Shown here piece by piece: positions 8,495 through 15,825 of a stretch of DNA of 33,041 nt. The position numbers and the translations under genes are program-made. Source of the DNA: an uncultured Planctomycetaceae bacterium (GTDB lineage Bacteria; Planctomycetota; UBA1135; GCA-002686595); the NCBI GenBank assembly GCA_964592795.1, contig CAZQHA010000001.1, positions 1 through 33,041 of the forward strand, written 5' to 3'. The first letter of the stretch is position 1. Every line of letters starts with the position of its first letter. Under the pieces are notes generated by a model. That model was not told the origin of the DNA, searched no databases, and saw only the letters and a program-made list of their open reading frames with translations.

Positions 8495-10500
8495 GCGCGA
8501 TCCTCCAAGGCCTCAATCCCGAGCAGCGCAAGGCCGTCACGACGGTGAACGGGCCCGTGCTCGTGCTCGCGGGCGCCGGTTCCGGAAAGACGCGCGTGAT
8601 CACCGTGCGCATCGCCTGGCTCCTGTCGCAGCGCGTCGCGCCGTCGAGCATCCTCGCGGTCACGTTCACGAACAAAGCCGCGACCGAGATGCGCGAGCGC
8701 ATCGCGAAGCTGGTCGGGAAGGAGCGCGCGAGCGAGCTCACCGTCGGCACGTTCCACTCCTTCTGCGTGCGCGTGCTCCGCGAGCACGCCGAGGAGATCG
8801 GCCTCTCGAAGAAGTTCTCGATCTGCGACTCGTCGGATCAGCTCGCGGCGCTCAAGGGCGCGCTGCGCGAGCTGCGGATCGGCGAGGCGGCGATCCAGCC
8901 GAGCGCGCTGCAGGCGCAGATCTCGCTCTTGAAGAACCGCTGCATGTCGGCCGCGCAGTTCCTTGAGAAGGCCGCCGACGACCGCGACGAGCTGATCGGC
9001 CGCGCGTGGCAGAAGTACGAGGAGCATCTGCGGCGCGCGCGGACGCTCGACTTCGACGATCTCCTGACGATGACGCTGCGCCTCCTGCGCGAGTCGGCGA
9101 AGGTCCGCGACGCACTGGCGAAGCGCTACCGCTACGTGATGGTCGACGAGTACCAGGACACGAACGCGCCGCAGTACGAGATCGTTCGCGCGATCGCGGG
9201 GAAGCACCGCAACCTGTGCGTCGTGGGCGACGACGACCAATCCATCTATGGATGGCGCGGCGCCGACGTGCAGAAGATCCTCGGCTTCGAGCGCGACTTC
9301 TCGCCGGCGACCGTCGTGCGGCTCGAGACGAACTACCGTTCGACCGAACCGATCCTCGCCGCGGCGAACAAGGTGATCGAGCACAATCCCCATCGGCACG
9401 GGAAGACGCTGCGCTCGGCGATCGGCGCCGGCGATCCGGTCGCGATCCAGCGGCTCGAGGACGAGACCGCCGAGGCCGACCACGTCGCGATCGAGATCCA
9501 GAAGCTCGTCGGGCGCGGCGCCGCGCGCCTCTCCGACTTCGCGATCCTCTTCCGCACGGCGACGCAGCCGCGCGCGTTCGAGGCGCAGCTGCGCGCGCGC
9601 GGCGTTCCGTACGTCCTCGTCGGCGGCATGTCGTTCTTCGACCGCAAGGAGGTGCGCGACGTGCTCGCGTACCTGCGCCTGGTCGACAACCCCGACGACG
9701 AGGTGTCGCTCCTGCGCGTGATCAACTGCCCGCCGCGCGGCGTCGGCAAGTCGACGGTCGAGCGCGCGCTCGAGCACGCGACCGAGAACGGCATCTCGGT
9801 GAACAAGGCCTTCGAGAGCACGATCGAGGGCGTGTCGCCCGCCGCGATGGACGCGGTGCTCTCGTTCCGCGAGCGGCTCGCTGCGTTCACGAAGCGCGGA
9901 GCGCGCGCCGAGCTCGTGTCGCTCGTGCGCGGCGTGATCGAGGCGGTCGACTACCGCTCCGAGGTCGACCGCGCCTATCCCGACGCGTCGACGCGCGAGG
10001 ACCGCTGGTCGACCGTCATGGAGATCGTGAACTTCGCCGAGAACCACGTGCGACGGAACAAGTCCGCGACGCTGTCGAGCTTCCTCGAAGCGCTGACGCT
10101 GTCGGCCGAGGACGACAAGAGCGAGAGCGACTCGAAGTCCGGCGACGCGGTGACCTTGATGACGCTGCACGCCGCGAAGGGGCTCGAGTTCCCGCGCGTG
10201 TTCCTCGTCGGCGTCGAGGAAGGTCTCCTGCCGCACGCCCGCTCGGTCGCGGAGGACACCGTCGAGGAAGAGCGGCGGTTGATGTACGTCGGCATCACGC
10301 GCGCGCAGCGAGTGCTGACGATCACGATCACGAAGACGCGCGCGAAGTACGGAACGCGCGTCGAGAGCATGCCGTCGCGCTTCCTGTTCGAGATGACGGG
10401 CCAGAAGCCGCCGAAGGGATGGCGGGCGCTGGGGTCGGACCTGAGTCCTGCCGCGACGGCTCGAGAAGCAGCGCCGCCGAAGTCGCGATCAAGGCGCTGA
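8491..10500 (+). CDS. uvrD: UvrD/Rep/PcrA-family ATP-dependent DNA helicase
   Basis: LNPEQRKAV, AGAGSGKT (Walker A), VDEYQDTN (motif II), QSIYGWRGA, TNYRS, TLHAAKGLEF and YVGITRA. The GTG at 8491 overlaps the idi stop (GTGA). The listed 8149 start is an out-of-frame read-through over idi. Confidence 0.9.
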   Translation: MSAILQGLNPEQRKAVTTVNGPVLVLAGAGSGKTRVITVRIAWLLSQRVAPSSILAVTFTNKAATEMRERIAKLVGKERASELTVGTFHSFCVRVLREHAEEIGLSKKFSICDSSDQLAALKGALRELRIGEAAIQPSALQAQISLLKNRCMSAAQFLEKAADDRDELIGRAWQKYEEHLRRARTLDFDDLLTMTLRLLRESAKVRDALAKRYRYVMVDEYQDTNAPQYEIVRAIAGKHRNLCVVGDDDQSIYGWRGADVQKILGFERDFSPATVVRLETNYRSTEPILAAANKVIEHNPHRHGKTLRSAIGAGDPVAIQRLEDETAEADHVAIEIQKLVGRGAARLSDFAILFRTATQPRAFEAQLRARGVPYVLVGGMSFFDRKEVRDVLAYLRLVDNPDDEVSLLRVINCPPRGVGKSTVERALEHATENGISVNKAFESTIEGVSPAAMDAVLSFRERLAAFTKRGARAELVSLVRGVIEAVDYRSEVDRAYPDASTREDRWSTVMEIVNFAENHVRRNKSATLSSFLEALTLSAEDDKSESDSKSGDAVTLMTLHAAKGLEFPRVFLVGVEEGLLPHARSVAEDTVEEERRLMYVGITRAQRVLTITITKTRAKYGTRVESMPSRFLFEMTGQKPPKGWRALGSDLSPAATAREAAPPKSRSRR

Positions 10501-10950
10501 AGCCGCGCTGCGAGCTCCCGCCTCGACCACGCGCGTCACGACGTTGATGTTGCCGTGCGTCGCCTTCGAGTAAGGACACTCGCGGTGCGCGGCCTCCACC
10601 AGCTGATTCGCGACTTCCGGGTCGACGCCGGGCAGGCTGACGTCCATTCGCGCTTGGAGCAGGTAGCCGCCGCCGCCGGTGCCCAAGTCCACCTCGGTGT
10701 CGATCGCGACCTCCTCCGGCAGCTTTATCTTCATCTTCCCGGCCACGAGCTTCATCGCCGACAGGTAGCAGGCGGACCAGCCAACCGCGAACAGCTGCTC
10801 GGGATTCGTGCCCGTTCCCGCTCCGGGAGCGGAAAGCTCGACGTCGAGGCGACCGTCGCTCGTGCGCGCCGATCATCCCTCTCGGCCACCCACGATGTGC
10901 GCCTTCGCGGTGTAGATCACCTTGTCGATCTGCGTCGTAGCTTGTGTCAT
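10489..10950 (-). pseudogene. ohr: Organic hydroperoxide resistance protein Ohr (OsmC/Ohr family) interrupted by an in-frame TGA at codon 26
   Basis: An AAGGAGAA Shine-Dalgarno precedes the ATG at 10950. MTQATTQIDKVIYTAKAHIVGGREG is followed by TGA (10875-10873). The same frame then continues SARTSDGRLDVELSAPGAGTGTNPEQLFAVGWSACYLSAMKLVAG...ECPYSKATHGNI, which includes both Ohr Cys motifs. The track splits this into two ORFs (10873-11115 and 10489-10755) that are in the same frame. Confidence 0.75.
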
Positions 10951-11080
10951 CGCTGGTTCTCCTTGGTTGGAGACGCCAGTCGACCACATCTCCCCCGCGC
11001 GTCGGTGCGGCGAGTTCAGGTATTCTTCGGAGCGACGCGAACTGACGCGCGCAGCAGCGGCGCCCTGGAGACAACGCGCC

Positions 11081-11341
11081 ATGCCCAACGGCAAGCCCGG
11101 CGACCATCCGTACACCGACGTCGTCCTCCACGGTCGAGACGTCTACTCGAAGCGTGCGGACGAGCTCGTCCGCGAGATCGCGTCGCTCGTCGGCGACAGG
11201 GAGCGCCGCGCGCTCGCGGACATGCTGTTCCTGCAATACAACGAGTTCGAGAAGCCCGACGTCGAGAGGCTCGAGCGGGTCTTGATCGAGATGCGCGACA
11301 AGGCTCGCAGCGACGCGCGCGCGCGCGGCTACGAGGCCTGA
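11081..11341 (+). CDS. Small hypothetical protein (86 aa), divergent from ohr
   Basis: From the ATG at 11081 (MPNGKPGDHPYTDVVLHGRDVYS...) the composition is normal and helical. The upstream part of the listed ORF is antisense to ohr. No function assigned. Confidence 0.5.
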   Translation: MPNGKPGDHPYTDVVLHGRDVYSKRADELVREIASLVGDRERRALADMLFLQYNEFEKPDVERLERVLIEMRDKARSDARARGYEA

Positions 11342-12345
11342 GTCGTTCGCGCGCGCAGCTGGCCGCAGGCGCCCTCGACGTCCTGTCCGGCCGAGCGGCG
11401 CAGCTTCGCAAGCACTCCGCGCGCGTGCAGGTAGTGCGACATCGCGCGCGCGCGATCGAGCGACGGCCGGCGGTAGTCGAGCCCGTCGACCGTGTTGTAG
11501 GGGATGAAGTTCAGGATGCCGTGGCGGCCTTGCAGGAGCGTCGCGATGCGCTCGAGCTCGCCGTCGCCGTCGTTGACGCCCTCGATCAGCGTCCACTGGT
11601 ACTGCACGGGATGTCCCGTGCGCCGCGCGTAGCGCTCGGCGAGCTCGATCAGCTCCTCGGGCGCGATCTGCGGCGCGTTCGGCAGGAGCTCGGCGCGCAG
11701 ACGAGCGTCGGTCGTGTGCAGCGACAGCGCGAGCGCCGGCTTCACGTCGTGCGACGCCAATCGATCGAAGAGCCGCGCGTCGCCGCCGATCGTCGAGAAC
11801 ACGAGGTCCTTGTGCCCGAATCGACCGGCGCCGCCGAGCCACGACAGCGCCTCGAGCACCGCCGGCAGGTTGTGCGACGGCTCGCCCATGCCCATGAAGA
11901 CGACGCGGCGCAGCGCTCGTCGGCGTCGCGCGTGCACGACCTGCGCCAGGATCTCGGCGCTCGTGAGCTGGCGCAGCAATCCCGATCGTCCCGTCATGCA
12001 GAACGTGCACGCGACCGCGCAACCGACCTGCGTCGAGACGCACACGCCCTCGCGCAGGAGCAGGACGCTCTCGATCGTCTTGCCGTCGGCGAGCTCGTGC
12101 ACGAACCGCGCGGAGCCGTCCTCGCCGGCGTGCTCCGACACCGGACGGACGATGCCGTCGAGCTCCGCTTGCAGCGCGGGCAGCATGTCGAGCACCGCGC
12201 GCGGCAGCGGATGCTCGCGCACGCTGCGCAGCGACTCGAGCGGCTTGCCGAGCAGCCACGCGCGCACCACGAGTTGGACGTGCGGCGGCTTCGCGCCCGC
12301 GGCGCGCATCCTTTCGCTGATCGCGTCGATCCGCGGGGCGTTCAT
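11329..12345 (-). CDS. rlmN: RlmN/Cfr-family radical SAM RNA methyltransferase
   Basis: CX3CX2C cluster (VGCAVACTFCMTG), MGMGEP, the second catalytic Cys region (GACGQL), and 338 aa from the ATG at 12345. The listed 12699 start is an Arg-rich extension running antisense or out of frame over crcB. Confidence 0.85.
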   Translation of the reverse strand: MNAPRIDAISERMRAAGAKPPHVQLVVRAWLLGKPLESLRSVREHPLPRAVLDMLPALQAELDGIVRPVSEHAGEDGSARFVHELADGKTIESVLLLREGVCVSTQVGCAVACTFCMTGRSGLLRQLTSAEILAQVVHARRRRALRRVVFMGMGEPSHNLPAVLEALSWLGGAGRFGHKDLVFSTIGGDARLFDRLASHDVKPALALSLHTTDARLRAELLPNAPQIAPEELIELAERYARRTGHPVQYQWTLIEGVNDGDGELERIATLLQGRHGILNFIPYNTVDGLDYRRPSLDRARAMSHYLHARGVLAKLRRSAGQDVEGACGQLRARTTQAS

Positions 12346-12713
12346 TTCGCGATCACCGCGCTCATCGCGAGTTGTCCGAGCCACCCGGCGCCCAGACACA
12401 GCACGATCGTTCCGACGACGTTGGCCGTCGCCAGGCCCGGGTTGTGCTGCTGCACGAGCACGAGCGTCTCTTGGTTGAACGACGAGTACGTCGTGAAGCC
12501 GCCCAGCACTCCCACACCGAGCGTGAGCCGCAGCGTCGGGTGGAGCGCCGGTAGTTGAAGGAGCGCTCCGAGCAGGAACGAGCCCAACGCGTTCACGGCG
12601 ATCGTGCCGTACGGGAAGGCGCCGCCGAATCGTTCGAGCGCCCAGAGCGACACGAGGTACCGGCACCCCGATCCGATCGCGCCGCCGACGCAGACCCACA
12701 GGAAGCGATCCAT
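12342..12713 (-). CDS. crcB: Fluoride ion channel CrcB/FluC
   Basis: 123 aa with 4 TM segments, GGAIGSGCRY, NALGSFLLG and GGFTTYSSF motifs. ATG at 12713. The TGA stop overlaps the rlmN-like ATG (ATGA at 12342-12345). Confidence 0.9.
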   Translation of the reverse strand: MDRFLWVCVGGAIGSGCRYLVSLWALERFGGAFPYGTIAVNALGSFLLGALLQLPALHPTLRLTLGVGVLGGFTTYSSFNQETLVLVQQHNPGLATANVVGTIVLCLGAGWLGQLAMSAVIAK

Positions 12714-12721
12714 CGATCCGC

Positions 12722-13984
12722 TCAGTGTGCCCCGGGCGGCGCGACCGAGGCGCGTCGGATCCGACTTTTCTCCGTGGCGGACAGCGTCGGCGTCGCTTCG
12801 GCGCGTTTCGCGACTGCGCGCGCGGCCTCCGTCGCGCCGGCGCGCAGCGCGTGCCGCACGAGCAGCTCGTACGTCGCGGCTTCCGGCGCGAACGTGAGCA
12901 GCCGGTCCGCGACTCGGTTCGCGACCGTGAACTGTCCGACGCCCAGGCTCACCTCGAAGAACTGGCCGCCGAGGCGCAGCGTGTCCGCGCGCGCGGTCTC
13001 GACCGCGGAGGCTTCGACGAGCGTCCCGGTGCGGCTGCGTACGTTCTGGCTGCGCAGGTTCGTGTAGCGCGTGATCCGCTCCGCGAGCTCGTGCGGCATG
13101 TCGGGCGCGCTCGCGTACACGTCGATGTAGCGGCGCCGCTCGATCAACGTCTCGAAGAGCTCGCCCGCGAGGACCTTGCGGTGCGGCAGCGCGACCTCGC
13201 CCTTCTCCTTCAACCGATCGAACAGCTCGAGCATGTCGGCCTGCAACGACGCTCGATTGCACAAAACCACGAAGTCCCTCAGCTCGCGAGCTCCGGCCGT
13301 GCCTTCGAGGATCTGGGCGGCGATCGCGCGCGCCAGGTCGGCGATCGCGGATGCGGCGGCGGGGTACGCGCTGCCGAGCGCGTCGATCTCGTCGAGCAGG
13401 ATCGACTCGCGGACGCCGGCGAAGCCCTCTTCGTTCGCCACACCCTGCTCGTAGCACCACACGTAGTGCTCCAGCGCCTCCGCGTAGCGGCCCTGGAGCG
13501 AGAGCGACAGCGCGTAGTTCATTCGCGCGATGGGATCGGTCGGGCTCGCCTCGTGCGCCTTGCGCGCGACGCGGTGCGCGTTCGCGGTCGCGAGGGCCTC
13601 CTCCGCGCGCGCGAGGAACGTGTCGGCGTCGACGAGGCCCGTCATGCGGCCCAGCTCGAGCCCGCCGGCGTTCAAGAAGAGCAGCGTCGGGTACTCGCGC
13701 ACGCGGTAGCGCCGCGCCAGGAGGAAGGCCTTCTCCGAATCGACCGTGATCGCGATCGTCTTCTCGCCGAGCCAGCGGTGCACGCGCTCGTCCTTCCACG
13801 TCGTCGCGTCGAGCTTCTTGCACGTCGGCGACCAGCTCGTGCAGAAGTCGACGAGGATCGCCTTGTCGTCCTTCTTCGCCGCGGCGCGCGCGCCGGCGAA
13901 GTCGAGCTCCTGGAACGGCGCCTGCGCGTCCGCGCGAGCGCACAGGAGCGCGGCGGCAGCGCACACGAGGAGTCGTCGACGCAT
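12722..13984 (-). CDS. Exported thioredoxin-fold protein with degenerate active site, fused to a helical-repeat (TPR-like) domain
   Basis: Signal peptide MRRRLLVCAAAALLCARADA/QA. Thioredoxin-like stretch KAILVDFCTSWSPTCKKL...YPTLLFL. About 280 aa of helical C-terminal region. Confidence 0.75.
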   Translation of the reverse strand: MRRRLLVCAAAALLCARADAQAPFQELDFAGARAAAKKDDKAILVDFCTSWSPTCKKLDATTWKDERVHRWLGEKTIAITVDSEKAFLLARRYRVREYPTLLFLNAGGLELGRMTGLVDADTFLARAEEALATANAHRVARKAHEASPTDPIARMNYALSLSLQGRYAEALEHYVWCYEQGVANEEGFAGVRESILLDEIDALGSAYPAAASAIADLARAIAAQILEGTAGARELRDFVVLCNRASLQADMLELFDRLKEKGEVALPHRKVLAGELFETLIERRRYIDVYASAPDMPHELAERITRYTNLRSQNVRSRTGTLVEASAVETARADTLRLGGQFFEVSLGVGQFTVANRVADRLLTFAPEAATYELLVRHALRAGATEAARAVAKRAEATPTLSATEKSRIRRASVAPPGAH

Positions 13985-14102
13985 GAGCGATGGAACGGCC
14001 GAGGCGGACCCGCGTTCCGCGGCCCCAAGCCACTGGCCGAAGATACGCCCCTACGGCGCCGCGCTCCAATTCGTGTGCGCGCGGAACCCGGCGTTTTACG
14101 CG

Positions 14103-14951
14103 CTACGGGCGCAGGAAGACGCGCGTGCCCTCGATCGCCAGGTGGAAGACGCGATCGATGTCGGGCTGCAGGAGGCGCACGCAGCCATGCGACGCCGGCT
14201 GCTCGATCCAATTCTTGGGAGCGTCGCCCGTGTATCCGTGGAATCCGATGCCGCTCTTCCCGATGCCGGACTCGTCGAGCGCGATCCAGTAGCCGCCCAG
14301 GATGTTGCGCGGGTCGCGCGGCGCGATCACCTCGCGCGTCTCCGGATGGGTCCACTCCGGGTCGAGCACGCGCCTCGTGATGCGCGTGTCGCCCGCCGGC
14401 GTCGGTGAATCCTCCGCGCCGAGACCGACCGCGAGATGCGCGACGAGCAGCGGCGCCGACCGCTCCGGCGATCCGCGCCAGATCGACATCCGGTAGCTCT
14501 GCTTCGACACGACGATCGAGAGGCTCTTGTCGGAGAGGTCGAGCACCTTGAGCTCCTGGCCGACGCGCAGCTTGCGCTCGTCGTAGCCGTGGTTCAGGTA
14601 GCGCAGGAGCCCCGCGCCGATGCCGTAGCGTCGCGCGATCTCGCCCGGGAGCTCTCCCGAAGCGACGACGTGCACGCGCAGTCCCAACCGCTCCATCTCG
14701 GGGAGCCGTTCGGGACCGAAGAACGCGCGGCGGCAGTACGGCTCGAGCGTGTCGCCGAGCGTGACCGCGTCCGATCCCTTCATCGCGGAGAGCGCCGTGC
14801 TCCCGTGGAGGATGAGCGGCACGACGCCCGAGGACTCGGTGCGCGCCGCCGCGAAGAGCCGCGTCAGGTCGCCCTTGGTCGGCGTGGCCTGGGCCGCGGC
14901 CGGGGGCAGGGGCCACACAGCCAGTAGGAAGGGAAGGACGAGCGCGCGCAT
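14103..14951 (-). CDS. L,D-transpeptidase (YkuD domain) with LysM domain
   Basis: Signal peptide from the ATG at 14951 (MRALVLPFLLAVWPLPPAAAQA). LysM region (HVVASGELPGEIARRYGIGAGLLRYLN...LRVGQELKV). YkuD catalytic motif (GFHGY....PASHGCVRL). Confidence 0.85.
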   Translation of the reverse strand: MRALVLPFLLAVWPLPPAAAQATPTKGDLTRLFAAARTESSGVVPLILHGSTALSAMKGSDAVTLGDTLEPYCRRAFFGPERLPEMERLGLRVHVVASGELPGEIARRYGIGAGLLRYLNHGYDERKLRVGQELKVLDLSDKSLSIVVSKQSYRMSIWRGSPERSAPLLVAHLAVGLGAEDSPTPAGDTRITRRVLDPEWTHPETREVIAPRDPRNILGGYWIALDESGIGKSGIGFHGYTGDAPKNWIEQPASHGCVRLLQPDIDRVFHLAIEGTRVFLRP

Positions 14952-15145
14952 GTCCCCCGGAGCATAAGGAAGGAAACGCCGACTGGAAGGCGGGAGTCGG
15001 ACCCCCGGCGAGACCGCGATTCCTGGTTGCGCGACTCGCGGGCTGCCGGCCATCAAGGTCGCCGCGGCCGCGGACGATACGGGACGGGCGCGAAATGGGC
15101 ACCCAAGCTCGCCCGCCCGCGCTCACCGATAGGAGATCGTCTTCC

Positions 15146-15742
15146 ATGAGGCTTCAATTCGCCGCGCTCCTCGTCTCGCTCTCCATGTTCTTCGGTTGCG
15201 CGTCGCTTCCGTCGGTCGCGCACTCCCATGAGGAAGACGCCGAGGACGCGAACACGGTCACGAACTTCACGGTGCTCGTCGGCCAGCGCATGCTCGACGA
15301 GGACGACTGGGAGCCCGTCGAGGACCAGATCGTGATGGGCGTCGAGGTCGACCAGTACGAGCTCGACGAATCGTTCGGCTGGGAAGTCGGCATCCAGTAC
15401 TCGGACGACGACGGCAGCGTGCTCGGCACCGACGTGTCCGGCTCGACGACCGAGTTCAGCTTCGGCGTGCGGAAGACCTTCTGGTACTCCGGCAAGCTGC
15501 ATCCGTACATCGGCCTGGGCATCTCGACGCTGCGCGCGGAGAGCGACATCTCCGGCGGCACGCGGGACAAGGACGGCGCGGTCGGCGGCTACGCGCACGC
15601 GGGCCTCTACTGGAACGTCGGCCAGAACTTCAACGTCGGTGTCGACGTGCGCACGCTGCAGCTCACGGACATCACGCTGAACGGCGTCGACGCCGATTCG
15701 AACTACTTCCAGGGCGCGGTGACGCTCGGCTTGGCGTTCTGA
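15146..15742 (+). CDS. Small outer-membrane beta-barrel protein (OmpW/OmpA-barrel-like), possible lipoprotein
   Basis: AGGAGA Shine-Dalgarno 9 nt before the ATG at 15146. Signal/lipobox-like MRLQFAALLVSLSMFFGC. Alternating amphipathic strands and a C-terminal ...VTLGLAF (terminal Phe). Confidence 0.7.
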   Translation: MRLQFAALLVSLSMFFGCASLPSVAHSHEEDAEDANTVTNFTVLVGQRMLDEDDWEPVEDQIVMGVEVDQYELDESFGWEVGIQYSDDDGSVLGTDVSGSTTEFSFGVRKTFWYSGKLHPYIGLGISTLRAESDISGGTRDKDGAVGGYAHAGLYWNVGQNFNVGVDVRTLQLTDITLNGVDADSNYFQGAVTLGLAF

Positions 15743-15765
15743 GATCGCGCAGTCGGCGAAGCACA

Positions 15766-15806
15766 CGGCGTCGGTCGCTTGGCAAAAGCGACCGACGCCG
15801 AAGTTT
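15766..15806. terminator. Strong hairpin terminator between convergent OMP and FG-GAP genes
   Basis: Read directly: a perfect 15-bp stem CGGCGTCGGTCGCTT / AAGCGACCGACGCCG (15766-15780 and 15786-15800) with loop GGCAA, followed by AAGTTT on the + strand. Confidence 0.7.
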
Positions 15807-15825
15807 CCGTATCCGCCCGGCCTGA

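Noticed and set aside
7949-10500. Nudix-fold protein plus UvrD-like helicase as a possible phage-defence pair (Gabija- or Nhi-like idea)
   Set aside because: The Nudix protein has the full type 1 IPP isomerase signature. The helicase has all canonical UvrD/Rep motifs and a housekeeping length, with no nuclease, ATPase-effector or other defence-associated domain nearby.
10800-10875. Selenocysteine or alternative genetic code as an explanation for the TGA inside ohr
   Set aside because: The position is not one of the Ohr catalytic Cys residues. I see no convincing SECIS-like hairpin at the right distance, only very short palindromes. TGA is used as a genuine stop by neighbouring genes (idi, crcB, the sulfatase), which rules out a TGA-sense code.
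12714-14069. The N-terminal 452 aa of the listed 575-aa ORF 12342-14069
   Set aside because: Only the last 123 aa (from the ATG at 12713) are CrcB. The upstream part is Arg-rich and overlaps, in another frame, the thioredoxin-like gene, which has a signal peptide and coherent domains.
12714-14102. Fluoride riboswitch (crcB motif RNA) upstream of crcB or of the operon
   Set aside because: Only 8 nt separate crcB from the preceding gene. In the 118-nt region upstream of the first gene of the operon I could not find the conserved GATGG...CTGATGA-type core by eye. A cmsearch would be decisive.
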